A stretch of DNA of 46,196 nucleotides from a virus. Lineage: Duplodnaviria > Caudoviricetes. The stretch lies in the IMG/VR virus record IMGVR_UViG_3300044487_000006, positions 1 to 46,196 of that record; one strand, 5' to 3'. Position 1 is the first letter of the stretch, and each line of letters starts with the position of its first letter. Position numbers and translations under genes: made by a program. Positions 9,419 through 17,531 of the stretch are shown here, piece after piece. The notes under the pieces were generated by a model. The model was not told where the DNA came from. It did no database searches and saw only the letters and a list, made by a program, of their open reading frames with translations.

Positions 9419-9615
9419 AGGATCCCATCATGCAGTTCTTCCGGTACGACCACCTACCCAAGAACCTCCAAGACATCTCGGGGGTCTTCGCACAGGCTGC
9501 GCAGTTCGTGGTCGCGACTCTCCCGCCCAACCCGGAGCGCGCCGTCGCTCTGAGGAAGCTGCTCGAAGCGAAGGATGCCGCAGTGCGCGCAGCTCTCTTC
9601 AAGGAGGGGCCATGA
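9415..9615 (+). CDS. small conserved phage helical-hairpin protein (FxYxHLP...ERxVALRKLLEAKD family)
   Basis: QFFRYDHLP...LPPNPERAVALRKLLEAKDAAVRA; GGAGG RBS. Confidence 0.75.
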   Translation: MKDPIMQFFRYDHLPKNLQDISGVFAQAAQFVVATLPPNPERAVALRKLLEAKDAAVRAALFKEGP

Positions 9616-9815
9616 CCGACACAGAGGCACAGGCTCACTCCACTGCGGTCATGGCTCTCCAGCGCCAGCTCGAAGCGGCCAGCCGAATGCGCGATGCGCA
9701 GGACGCTCTCACGACCGCGACCTCCGAGCTGGCGATGGCAGAGAAGGAGCTGAAGGAGGCGCTGGCTCGGTGCCGCGAGCTGGCCGACACCAACCTCAAG
9801 AGGCTCACGCCATGA
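9612..9815 (+). CDS. hypothetical coiled-coil protein
   Basis: AAGGAGG RBS, ATGA-coupled. Confidence 0.65.
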   Translation: MTDTEAQAHSTAVMALQRQLEAASRMRDAQDALTTATSELAMAEKELKEALARCRELADTNLKRLTP

Positions 9816-10111
9816 AAGAGAAGATCGCGCCGCTGAAGGAAGGGGAGATGCCGGACAAGGCGCACCTCCTCCTCTACACCTCGTTGACTGGCGACGAAGC
9901 CATCGCCATGCCGCCCGGGGCGAACATCGGCTTCCTCGTGCGCACCGTGAAGGGGGACGACCCGATGCACCGGCTCGTCCTCATGGAAGTGACTCGCGAG
10001 AAGCTCCGCTTCAAGTGCATGTGCGCGCAGGACTGCACGCTGGAGTACGTCTTCGTTCGCACCGTACGCGGCGGGCACCCGCGCAACCGCTGGCGCAGCA
10101 CGAAGGAGTAG
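9812..10111 (+). CDS. hypothetical protein
   Basis: ATGA-coupled start MKEKIAPL; CxCxxxC motif. Confidence 0.6.
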   Translation: MKEKIAPLKEGEMPDKAHLLLYTSLTGDEAIAMPPGANIGFLVRTVKGDDPMHRLVLMEVTREKLRFKCMCAQDCTLEYVFVRTVRGGHPRNRWRSTKE

Positions 10112-10123
10112 TGCTGCCGGGTC

Positions 10124-10164
10124 GAGGCCCCCCGGTTCATACCCCCTCCCAACCGGGGGGCCTC
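10124..10164 (+). promoter_or_regulatory. 14 bp stem-loop upstream of the UDG-like gene
   Basis: GAGGCCCCCCGGTT-cataccccctccc-AACCGGGGGGCCTC, perfect inverted repeat. Confidence 0.6.
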
Positions 10165-10180
10165 CCCACTTTGGAGAACT

Positions 10181-10735
10181 ATGGATCCACATGAGCTAGG
10201 CGCGATGTGCAAGCGGTGCCCCTACGCGAAGAACGGGCTCCCCGACCGGCCAGTCATGGGCGAAGGGCCCAAGCAGCCCATCGGCATCTTCGTCGGCGAG
10301 TCGCCCGGCAGGGATGAAGCTGAAAGGGGAAGGCCGTTTGTCGGGGCGACAGGGCAGGAGCTGGACAACAGCTTCATCAAGGTCGGGCTCAACAGATCCA
10401 AACTGTTTGTCGTGAACGCTATCTGCTGCTCGCCGCGCTTCAACAAGTCGCAGGTGGCGATGCAGAAGGCGGCGAACAGGTGCAGGCCCGCCCTCATCGC
10501 GCAGCTCAGGCGGCTCTCGGGGCCGGGCACCACGCGCATCTTCGCGGCGGGCAAGTACGCCTACTTCGCGCTGACGGGTAGCATCAAGGGACTCAAGACC
10601 AAGCGCGGCTTCCTCCGTGAGTGGTCACTTCAGGATGCAGTCAAGGCAGATCTACACTTCAAGGAGCAGCTCCATGCCAAGAAAGCCGCAGCGGCGCGTC
10701 GGGCTCGCAAAGCTCAAGGCGACAAGAAAGGGTAG
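10181..10735 (+). CDS. uracil-DNA glycosylase family 4-like protein, N-terminal part (lacks the HP motif)
   Basis: CKRCPY, FVGESPGRDEAERGRPFVGATG, VNAICCSP, CRPAL, AAGKYA, KRG; then a Lys/Ala tail in place of the HP motif. Confidence 0.88.
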   Translation: MDPHELGAMCKRCPYAKNGLPDRPVMGEGPKQPIGIFVGESPGRDEAERGRPFVGATGQELDNSFIKVGLNRSKLFVVNAICCSPRFNKSQVAMQKAANRCRPALIAQLRRLSGPGTTRIFAAGKYAYFALTGSIKGLKTKRGFLREWSLQDAVKADLHFKEQLHAKKAAAARRARKAQGDKKG

Positions 10736-10910
10736 CGAGTGCATCTTCTGCGGTGACCCCGCCGCACCCAAGAACTACCGCAACAACTTCGTCCCGGGTA
10801 GCCCGCCAGCCAAGTCAGTGAAGATCGGCTGGACCTGCGGCGACCCTATCTGCAAAGCTGCCTACCACCGCTACTGGCGGCGTGACCGGCAGAACGCCAA
10901 GGTCCCATGA
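10674..10910 (+). CDS. small basic zinc-finger protein
   Basis: AAGGAG RBS; CIFC...TCGDPIC; stop overlaps the polymerase ATG. Confidence 0.6.
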   Translation: MPRKPQRRVGLAKLKATRKGSECIFCGDPAAPKNYRNNFVPGSPPAKSVKIGWTCGDPICKAAYHRYWRRDRQNAKVP

Positions 10911-12928
10911 GCCTCATCGCGAGTTGGCATCCGACGTACGCCTTCTTCCACAACCCCTACGAGTGGGGCACCTTCCTCATCGACTTGGACCGCTTCGCCC
11001 GGATGATTCGCGGGCAGCTCGAAGCGGGGCCCAAGCGGCTGAACATCAAGCCGACCCGCAAGTCAATTGAAGATCTGCACAAGTGGGCGCTCCGCACTGG
11101 GCAGGCGCTGGCTGTGGACAGCGAGACGGTGCCCTCTCGCATGGGGAAGGAATGGCGCTTCACCGGTAAGCAGCCAACCCGCGCGAAGCTCCACCTGATG
11201 GGCATCGGCAACTGCACCGAGGCCCTGAGCTTCGAGTGGCGCACGAACGCCGGGTGCCGCACGGCGACGAAGCGGCTACTCGCGGACGAGCGGGTGGTCA
11301 AGATCTTCCAGAACGGCGACTACTTCGATATACCAATCATGAAGCGGCACGGCGTGAAGCGGATCCGCAACACGAGGGACACGCGCGACATGCGCCGCGC
11401 CCTGTCTGCCGTCTCGCCGCTGAAGCTCGCGTACTTGGGCGCTTGCTACACCGACTACATCCCGTGGAAGGAGGGCGACTCCGACGACGAGAAGGGGCAG
11501 GTCTTCACCAAGAACCTGAAGAAGAAGAAGCGGTACAACGCGCACGACTGCGTAGTCACAGCGCGTGCCGACAGGGGCATGCTCGCCGAGCCCGAGTGGA
11601 ACACGCCCCGGGTGCAGCGGCTCTACCAGCACCAGCGTAGCTTGTCGCGGATCGCTGCGAAGATGCACCAGAACGGCGTGAGGGTGAACCCGCTGAAGCG
11701 CGAGTTCCTCGCGTGGGGTCTGGAGAAGGAGTACGACGCCCGCGAGCGCAAGCTGCTCAAGGCTGTGGGCGTGGACGGCTTCAAGAACCAGCCCGACCAC
11801 CTGAAGGCGCTCATCTACGAGTCGGCAGCCAAGGGCAAGTTCGCGCACCTCAAGAAGTTCAATCTCCCGGAACCTTTGGATCCGGCGATGTACATCCATC
11901 CCAAGGAGATGGAGGGGCTCAGCGTCAAGGAGGACGCGCTGACCCTGATGCTCATCGACCCGGGCACGCCCAAGGAGCTGAAGCGCATCATCCAGCTCTA
12001 CTGGGACGCCAACGAAGTGTGGAAGAAGCGCTCGACTTTCGTCACCTCGAAGAAGATTGAGCACGCAATTGGGTTGGATGGGCGGCTGCGTGCTGGCTGG
12101 AACAGCAACGGCACCGACACCGGGCGGTTCGCGTGCAGCGACCCGAACCTGATGAACATCGAGGAGATGATCCGCGAGATGTACGAAGCCGAGGAAGGCT
12201 ACGTCATCATCGGCGGCGACTACTCGCAGCTTGAGCTGCGCGTGATGGCCGCGGTCGCGGAGGACAAGGCGCTGGAGGCCGCGCTCGCGTCGGGCGACGT
12301 GTACACGGCGGAAGCCATCGAGTACTTCAGCCTGCCGCCCAACACCACCAAGCGCACCATCAAGAAGGAAGCGCGCAAGGCGGCAAAGGTCATCCGACTC
12401 GGCCGCCAGTACGGAGCCGGGACGAAGAAGGCGTTCCAGATTGCCATCAGGGAAGATCGCTCACTTCAGTTCGAAACCTTCCTGCCCCTCATCGGCGCGT
12501 TCGACCGCCGCAACTGGCGCACCGTGCAGTACTGGGCAGAGGAGTTCGAGCGCGTCAGCAAGACGGGCTACTCGGCGACGCGCATCATGGACCGCCGCCG
12601 CGTCTACCCGCGCGAGCCCGACCGGCCCGACGTGGCGAACTACCCGATTCAGGGTACGGCTGCGGACATCAAGAACCTCGCCCTCATCGAAGTGGATCGC
12701 CGTCTCAGCAAGGAGGTGCCGCACGCGAAGATTCTCATCGACCTGCACGACGCCATCTACATCGAGACTCGCGAGAAGGACCTCGCCAAGACGCACCGCA
12801 TCATGAAGGACGCGATGGAAGTGGAGCACAGCATTGACGGGCGGATCTACAGCTTCCCGGTGAAGTTCAAAGCCGAGAAGAACTGGCCGCTCGACTACGA
12901 TGAGGACTACCCGCGAAAGGCGGCTTGA
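10907..12928 (+). CDS. polA: DNA polymerase family A with 3'-5' exonuclease; begins with the UDG C-terminal HP segment
   Basis: ExoI AVDSET, ExoII QNGDYFD, ExoIII YNAHD; TDTGRFACSDPNLMN, motif A DYSQLELR, motif B RKAAKVIRLGRQYG, NYPIQGTAAD, motif C LHDAI. Confidence 0.96.
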   Translation: MSLIASWHPTYAFFHNPYEWGTFLIDLDRFARMIRGQLEAGPKRLNIKPTRKSIEDLHKWALRTGQALAVDSETVPSRMGKEWRFTGKQPTRAKLHLMGIGNCTEALSFEWRTNAGCRTATKRLLADERVVKIFQNGDYFDIPIMKRHGVKRIRNTRDTRDMRRALSAVSPLKLAYLGACYTDYIPWKEGDSDDEKGQVFTKNLKKKKRYNAHDCVVTARADRGMLAEPEWNTPRVQRLYQHQRSLSRIAAKMHQNGVRVNPLKREFLAWGLEKEYDARERKLLKAVGVDGFKNQPDHLKALIYESAAKGKFAHLKKFNLPEPLDPAMYIHPKEMEGLSVKEDALTLMLIDPGTPKELKRIIQLYWDANEVWKKRSTFVTSKKIEHAIGLDGRLRAGWNSNGTDTGRFACSDPNLMNIEEMIREMYEAEEGYVIIGGDYSQLELRVMAAVAEDKALEAALASGDVYTAEAIEYFSLPPNTTKRTIKKEARKAAKVIRLGRQYGAGTKKAFQIAIREDRSLQFETFLPLIGAFDRRNWRTVQYWAEEFERVSKTGYSATRIMDRRRVYPREPDRPDVANYPIQGTAADIKNLALIEVDRRLSKEVPHAKILIDLHDAIYIETREKDLAKTHRIMKDAMEVEHSIDGRIYSFPVKFKAEKNWPLDYDEDYPRKAA

Positions 12929-12940
12929 CAAGGAGGACGC

Positions 12941-13318
12941 ATGGGAGTGAGCACTGATGCGCTGTTGCTGTTTGGGATCAACCTGTCCGAAGTCGAGGGA
13001 TGCGAAGAGGGCGACCTGTTGCCCATCTTCAAGAAGCTGGGCATCGAGGTGCCCAAGTACGAAGAGGAGTACGAGCTGGAGGAGTACCTCAACGAGAAGC
13101 TGAAAGGCTTCGAGCTGGTCCTCACGGGGCACATCGACGCATGCCGCCAGTTCTTCCTGTGCCCCAAGGACACGGCCCTCCGCGCTCGGCGGGGCTACCC
13201 CGAGGCTGTCGAGAAGCTGCCCGTCATTCCAGAGGCGGTCGAGCAGAAGCTCTACATGATCGGACTGAAGCTGGGGCTGAAGTCCGGCTACTGGCTGGTG
13301 AGCTACGCCGACTTCTGA
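12941..13318 (+). CDS. hypothetical acidic protein
   Basis: AAGGAGG RBS, 125 aa. Confidence 0.75.
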   Translation: MGVSTDALLLFGINLSEVEGCEEGDLLPIFKKLGIEVPKYEEEYELEEYLNEKLKGFELVLTGHIDACRQFFLCPKDTALRARRGYPEAVEKLPVIPEAVEQKLYMIGLKLGLKSGYWLVSYADF

Positions 13319-13320
13319 GC

Positions 13321-13350
13321 TTGACAATCAACGGCGTTGATTGCTAGGAC
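13321..13350 (+). promoter_or_regulatory. sigma70-type promoter with palindromic spacer
   Basis: TTGACA-N18-TAGGAC; CAATCAAC-ggc-GTTGATTG inverted repeat inside. Confidence 0.5.
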
Positions 13351-13379
13351 CGAGGCAGTACCACAAGGAGGCAGCACAA

Positions 13380-14093
13380 ATGGGCATGACGCAGGAAGAG
13401 ATCGCAGAGGCATTCAAGCGGGGTGTGGCACAGGCCAAGCCCCCGCCGCCGATGCCGAAGAAGGCAACCGAAGCCGAGGCCAAGTCGGTGTTCGGCAAGG
13501 AAGGGAAGAAGATCATGAAGGAAGCGAAGAAGGCAGTGAAGAAGGTCGCCGCGAAGAAGCCGGCGAAGGTCGCGACGAAGAAGGTCGCCAAGGTGGCGAA
13601 GCCCAAGGCCAGCAAGAAGCAGGCGAAGCGCGTGGTGGGGCCGGGCACGGCGAAGTTCAAGTTCAAGAAGGAGAAGCTGGTCGGCCAGTGCGACGTGTTG
13701 GGCTGCAAGGCGAAGGCGCACAAGCCGAACGCCTACCGCTGCATGAAGCACAAGAAGGAGATCCGCAAGGTCCAGCTCGCCGCGAACAACGTCGTGTGGC
13801 ACAAGCGGGTGAAGGCGAAGACGGCGGACCACCACATCGTCTACACCTACGACGGCAAGCAGAAGCTGTCGAAGTGGGCGCGAGCGCACCCTGACGCGGC
13901 GATGGAGCGGGTGAAGAAGGAGCAGGCGGTCATCGACCTCGACCAGTTCAAGAAGCTGGTGGAGCTGTCGAAGTCGCAGGCCAAGAGCAAGCAGATCAAG
14001 ACGGCGAAGGCCAAGCAGCCCAAGCGGGCCACTGCGAAGGCCAAGCCCGCGTCGGCGTCTCGCCCGAGGAAGACGGGCTCGAAGGCGTCGTGA
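13380..14093 (+). CDS. histone H1-like Lys/Ala-rich protein with central zinc-finger-like domain
   Basis: KKVAAKKPAKVATKKVAK repeats; CDVLGC...CMKH; AAGGAGG RBS. Confidence 0.75.
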   Translation: MGMTQEEIAEAFKRGVAQAKPPPPMPKKATEAEAKSVFGKEGKKIMKEAKKAVKKVAAKKPAKVATKKVAKVAKPKASKKQAKRVVGPGTAKFKFKKEKLVGQCDVLGCKAKAHKPNAYRCMKHKKEIRKVQLAANNVVWHKRVKAKTADHHIVYTYDGKQKLSKWARAHPDAAMERVKKEQAVIDLDQFKKLVELSKSQAKSKQIKTAKAKQPKRATAKAKPASASRPRKTGSKAS

Positions 14094-14103
14094 CGCAATG
14101 CGT

Positions 14104-14136
14104 CGGGGGCGGGAGCTGCTCGTGCTCCCGCCCCCG
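14104..14136. terminator. hairpin where the two transcription arms converge (probable bidirectional terminator)
   Basis: CGGGGGCGGGAGC-tgctcgt-GCTCCCGCCCCCG, perfect 13 bp stem between converging stops; no U-tract. Confidence 0.65.
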
Positions 14137-14140
14137 GCCG

Positions 14141-14347
14141 CTACTCGTCCTCAGGGGAGATGGGCAGACCCCCGGGCAGAGGTCGTTCGCGCACAGGCGG
14201 GGCGGGCAGGGCCTGCGACGGGGCTTCTGGAGGGGGGTCGGCGAGGCGCTCCCCGGTGCCGGCGAGCCGATGTAGTGACCACCCCACCCACAACATCGTG
14301 AGCAGGGTGGCGACCTCGAAGACGACCCCGACGACACGCCACATCAT
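14141..14347 (-). CDS. small membrane protein with Pro-rich tail (lysis cassette)
   Basis: MMWRVVGVVFEVATLLTMLWVGWSL transmembrane segment; ATGA-coupled. Confidence 0.55.
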   Translation of the reverse strand: MMWRVVGVVFEVATLLTMLWVGWSLHRLAGTGERLADPPPEAPSQALPAPPVRERPLPGGLPISPEDE

Positions 14348-14658
14348 GGGCCAGCGTCCGGGCAGAGGATCTGCTCGTCCACCCAGTTGATGCCGTTGCA
14401 CCACTCCATCACGCGCGGGTTCCGCCACACCGCGAGCCGGGGGTGGCACGCATCCTTCGGGACGCAGGTGTACGCGGGCGGGTTGGGCAGCCGCTCGTTG
14501 GTGGGAATCGCCTCCACGAGGTCGATGACGCCCTGCACGGCGGGTGTGCCCACTTCGCCCACCACGTTCGCCGGGGGCGGGGCTGCCTTCAGCCCGCCCA
14601 TGACGGAGAGCGCCACCATCAGCGCGGCGAGGATGGCCGCCTTGGTGTCCTTGGTCAC
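14344..14658 (-). CDS. exported or membrane-anchored small protein with 4 Cys
   Basis: MTKDTKAAILAALMVALSVMGGLKA signal or anchor; GAGGTG RBS; GTGA-coupled. Confidence 0.6.
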   Translation of the reverse strand: MTKDTKAAILAALMVALSVMGGLKAAPPPANVVGEVGTPAVQGVIDLVEAIPTNERLPNPPAYTCVPKDACHPRLAVWRNPRVMEWCNGINWVDEQILCPDAGP

Positions 14659-14930
14659 GGCTTCACCTCGGGGGCCTTCGTCGGGGCCGGCACGGTCAGC
14701 GGCAGCGGGGCGGGCTCGGTGTCGTCCTCGTCGGGTAGCTCGGGGTGCAGCATCATCTTCACCTCCTGCATGGCGATGACCGCGAAGACGAACGCGGCGA
14801 TGATGATGCACTTCGCGAGCGCGGCGATGCCAGCCTGCGCCACGAAGGCGATGACGAAGACGGTGTAGATCATCCTCTTCGTGCTGCCCTTGCCCTTGAT
14901 GTTCAGCATGTCCATGAGCTGCGGTCCCAT
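14655..14930 (-). CDS. holin-like membrane protein
   Basis: Two hydrophobic segments, directly after the endolysin candidate; AAGGAG RBS. Confidence 0.55.
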   Translation of the reverse strand: MGPQLMDMLNIKGKGSTKRMIYTVFVIAFVAQAGIAALAKCIIIAAFVFAVIAMQEVKMMLHPELPDEDDTEPAPLPLTVPAPTKAPEVKP

Positions 14931-14949
14931 CTTGCTTCTCCTTGGTTGA

Positions 14950-15537
14950 CTACGGGTGGATCCAGTACTCCAACGGCAGATTGCCGAAGCCGGCCGCGAC
15001 CGTGCTTCGCCAGAGGTTGTGCGCGCCGGCCTGCGCGATGACGCCCCCGGGGAGCAGCACGGCGACGTGGCCCGTGCGCCCGATGGGGGCTTCGTAGGTG
15101 ATGCAGGACGGACGGCCGAGGTCCGCGTTCGTGACAGCCTCCTGCCATGTGGCCTGACGCCAGCGGTTCTGCGGCCCCCACCTGCGGAGCCAGCCGATGA
15201 GGTCGGCCGGGTGGTTCTTCGAGAGCCGCAGCTCCTCGGCGGGCTTCCCCACGGGCATGTTCTCGCCGGTCGTGAGGCTGACCCAGTGCGAGGGCGGCGT
15301 GTGCATCGCGGTCATCACGTCGCTGAAGAAGATGTTGCAGTAGGTGACGTGCTCGCCCTTCTCGAAGTGCGGCTCGTACCGCTTGGCGTCCAGTACCCGG
15401 AACTGCTGGGCGACGGCGATGTAGTTCGCGGGCAGCCGATGGTCCTCGTCGTTCTTGAACGGCGGCTCGACATACAGCCACGCCTGCTTCTCCAGCCAGC
15501 CCGGAATGGGCTGACACGACACTTCGCTTGGATCCAT
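14950..15537 (-). CDS. putative endolysin, NlpC/P60-CHAP-like cysteine amidase
   Basis: TYCNIF (catalytic Cys), GHVAVL (His), AQAG; lies among membrane-protein genes. Confidence 0.7.
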   Translation of the reverse strand: MDPSEVSCQPIPGWLEKQAWLYVEPPFKNDEDHRLPANYIAVAQQFRVLDAKRYEPHFEKGEHVTYCNIFFSDVMTAMHTPPSHWVSLTTGENMPVGKPAEELRLSKNHPADLIGWLRRWGPQNRWRQATWQEAVTNADLGRPSCITYEAPIGRTGHVAVLLPGGVIAQAGAHNLWRSTVAAGFGNLPLEYWIHP

Positions 15538-15549
15538 AGTACCCCCGAG

Positions 15550-15963
15550 TTAGAGCCCGCCGTCCTTGTCGCCTGTCGTCAGCTTCACTGGTTGCAGCCC
15601 TTGCTTCTCCACGAGGATGCGCACATTGAGCTGCATCTCCAGCGTGCGCTGCTGCACGTCGTCGAGTTTCGCCTTCATCACCTCGGCGCGGTCGTCCTGC
15701 ACTTTCTGGTACACCTCTTGCGCGACCATCCGCCTTTCATGGTCGGCGAGCTGGACCTTCATCGGTACGCTGGCCGTGTCGATCTTCTTGTCGATGTGCG
15801 CGTCGTTCTGCCCCTGCGCGAGGACGACCGCTGAAACGCACACGGCGAGCCCCACGAGGATAGCCCCCGCGTAGACCACGGCGTCGCGCTTGAAGATGCT
15901 GCGCAGGAACACCCCACCAGCTTCGGCGGGGGTCGGCAGCTTCTTGTCGTCCTCGTCGCTCAT
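15550..15963 (-). CDS. single-TM protein with coiled coil (holin, antiholin or i-spanin-like)
   Basis: AVVYAGAILVGLAVCVSAVVLA transmembrane segment followed by a heptad-rich region. Confidence 0.6.
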   Translation of the reverse strand: MSDEDDKKLPTPAEAGGVFLRSIFKRDAVVYAGAILVGLAVCVSAVVLAQGQNDAHIDKKIDTASVPMKVQLADHERRMVAQEVYQKVQDDRAEVMKAKLDDVQQRTLEMQLNVRILVEKQGLQPVKLTTGDKDGGL

Positions 15964-17528
15964 TAGATCCCCGCGTCCGCGACACCGCAGGCGTAGGCGA
16001 TGGCCCGGAAAACGGGTACCCCCAGCGTCACCGCGCCCGTGTCGTTGAGGTGCTTCCCGTCGCTGGTGTCGGTGGCGGCGTTGAATGCCCCCGTCCCGCC
16101 CATGGTGATGTTGACGCCCTCGGAGCGAAGCCTGTTGACGGCCGACGCCAGCGCCCGATTGAAGTGCGCCACTGTGGACAGCGTGTCCGGCGACATGGCC
16201 GGCACCGGCATCAGCACGAAGCGCAGGGAGGGCTTCGCGTTGTACGCCTCCAGCACCAACCCCCGCCAGTCGCCGCTGTTGTCGTTGACGAAGCGGTTGG
16301 CCTCGGTGATGCCCGAGATGTTGTTGGTGCCCAGCATCAGCACCAGTACGTCGGGGTTGTACGTGGTGACGTTGGCGCCGATGGGGCCCGAGGGGACGAC
16401 ATTCGTCTGCCCGGCCCTGTGCCCGGGCGCTAGGGTGGACACGTTGTCGCGGATGTTGCTGCCGCCGTACGAATCACTGTGGTTGTCGGAGTAGCCCGGA
16501 GGCGTGAGGGTCCCTTCGTAGGGGCCCACGTGGTCATAGACGAAGCCGATGCCGCCGTCGGCGAGGTTCCACACCTCCTGTCGCAGGCCGCCCTTCATGT
16601 TGGTGGTGCCGGTGCTGCCCTCCATCACGGAGTCGCCGACGAACATCAGTTTGGGCGTGCCCGTGCAGACGGCCTGCCCGGCGGGCGGCGCGGTGTCCGC
16701 CACCCACGAGGCAGGCGGCTCCGTGTTGCTGAGCCACGCCTCCAGTGCCGTCACCTCCGCGTCCGACAGCGCCCGGTTGTACAGAATGATGTCCGACATG
16801 AGGCCACCGAAAGGCGTCCCGTTGGTGGGCGGCGAGTATGCGCCCACGCGCAGCTTCTGCGACGGGTTGGTGTCGTTGAAGTTGTTGTTGGTGGCGTCCT
16901 TCACCTGCACGCCGTCAATGCGGACGTTGAGCTTCCCGGGCGCGCCCGGATTCATGCGCCACACCAGCGTGTGCGGCACGTCGTAGCTGATGTCCGTCAC
17001 GCCGCTGATGTACGAATTCAGCACCACGCCCGGCTCACGCGCGAGGTAGAAATTCAGCTGCTGCGTCGCCATGTACAACAGGACGCCCGCGCCGTTGGCG
17101 GTGCTGTTGCCGAAGGACGACAGCATGACGCCGCCCGTCGAGGCCTGCAGTACGAAGCGCACGACGCCCGTGGAGCCAGCCGCGGCCGTGAGGAAGGCGA
17201 AGTCGTTGGCGGTGGCCACGTCCGCGTACTGGCTGTTGGTCTGGTACGCCTTGATGCAAGGCGCACCATTCATCTCGAAGCACGGGGAGATCTGCTGAAG
17301 CATACCTCCATCCGAGTACAGCGACTTCCCATTGCCCGAGAAGTCGGTCATGTTCTGCCCGGCGAAGGTGCTCTGCCCGCTCCACCACGCTACGAGCCCA
17401 CTGATGCGAAGTGGGAAGCGGGGTGTCAAGTTCCGGTTCGCGCGCAGCTCGTGCCGCGACGCTGGTCGCTGGGCCACCTGAGCTGACACCAGTACCGCAA
17501 TGAGTCCCAGCGCGAATGCGCGTGTCAT
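15963..17528 (-). CDS. LamG/ConA-like lectin plus SGNH hydrolase; candidate receptor-binding esterase with signal peptide
   Basis: GLVAWW...DFSGNG and FGGLMSDIILYNRALSDAEV (LamG); FVGDSV, LGTNN, DGKHLN (SGNH blocks I, III, V). Confidence 0.85.
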   Translation of the reverse strand: MTRAFALGLIAVLVSAQVAQRPASRHELRANRNLTPRFPLRISGLVAWWSGQSTFAGQNMTDFSGNGKSLYSDGGMLQQISPCFEMNGAPCIKAYQTNSQYADVATANDFAFLTAAAGSTGVVRFVLQASTGGVMLSSFGNSTANGAGVLLYMATQQLNFYLAREPGVVLNSYISGVTDISYDVPHTLVWRMNPGAPGKLNVRIDGVQVKDATNNNFNDTNPSQKLRVGAYSPPTNGTPFGGLMSDIILYNRALSDAEVTALEAWLSNTEPPASWVADTAPPAGQAVCTGTPKLMFVGDSVMEGSTGTTNMKGGLRQEVWNLADGGIGFVYDHVGPYEGTLTPPGYSDNHSDSYGGSNIRDNVSTLAPGHRAGQTNVVPSGPIGANVTTYNPDVLVLMLGTNNISGITEANRFVNDNSGDWRGLVLEAYNAKPSLRFVLMPVPAMSPDTLSTVAHFNRALASAVNRLRSEGVNITMGGTGAFNAATDTSDGKHLNDTGAVTLGVPVFRAIAYACGVADAGI

Positions 17529-17531
17529 GGA

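Noticed and set aside
10733-10906. Stop-codon readthrough or alternative genetic code fusing UDG and PolA
   Set aside because: The shared frame has both TAG and TGA stops in the interval, and both codons terminate genes normally elsewhere
10620-10906. Group I/II intron or intein between the UDG halves
   Set aside because: I saw no conserved intron core or intein motifs, and the interval is occupied by a coupled ORF with its own RBS
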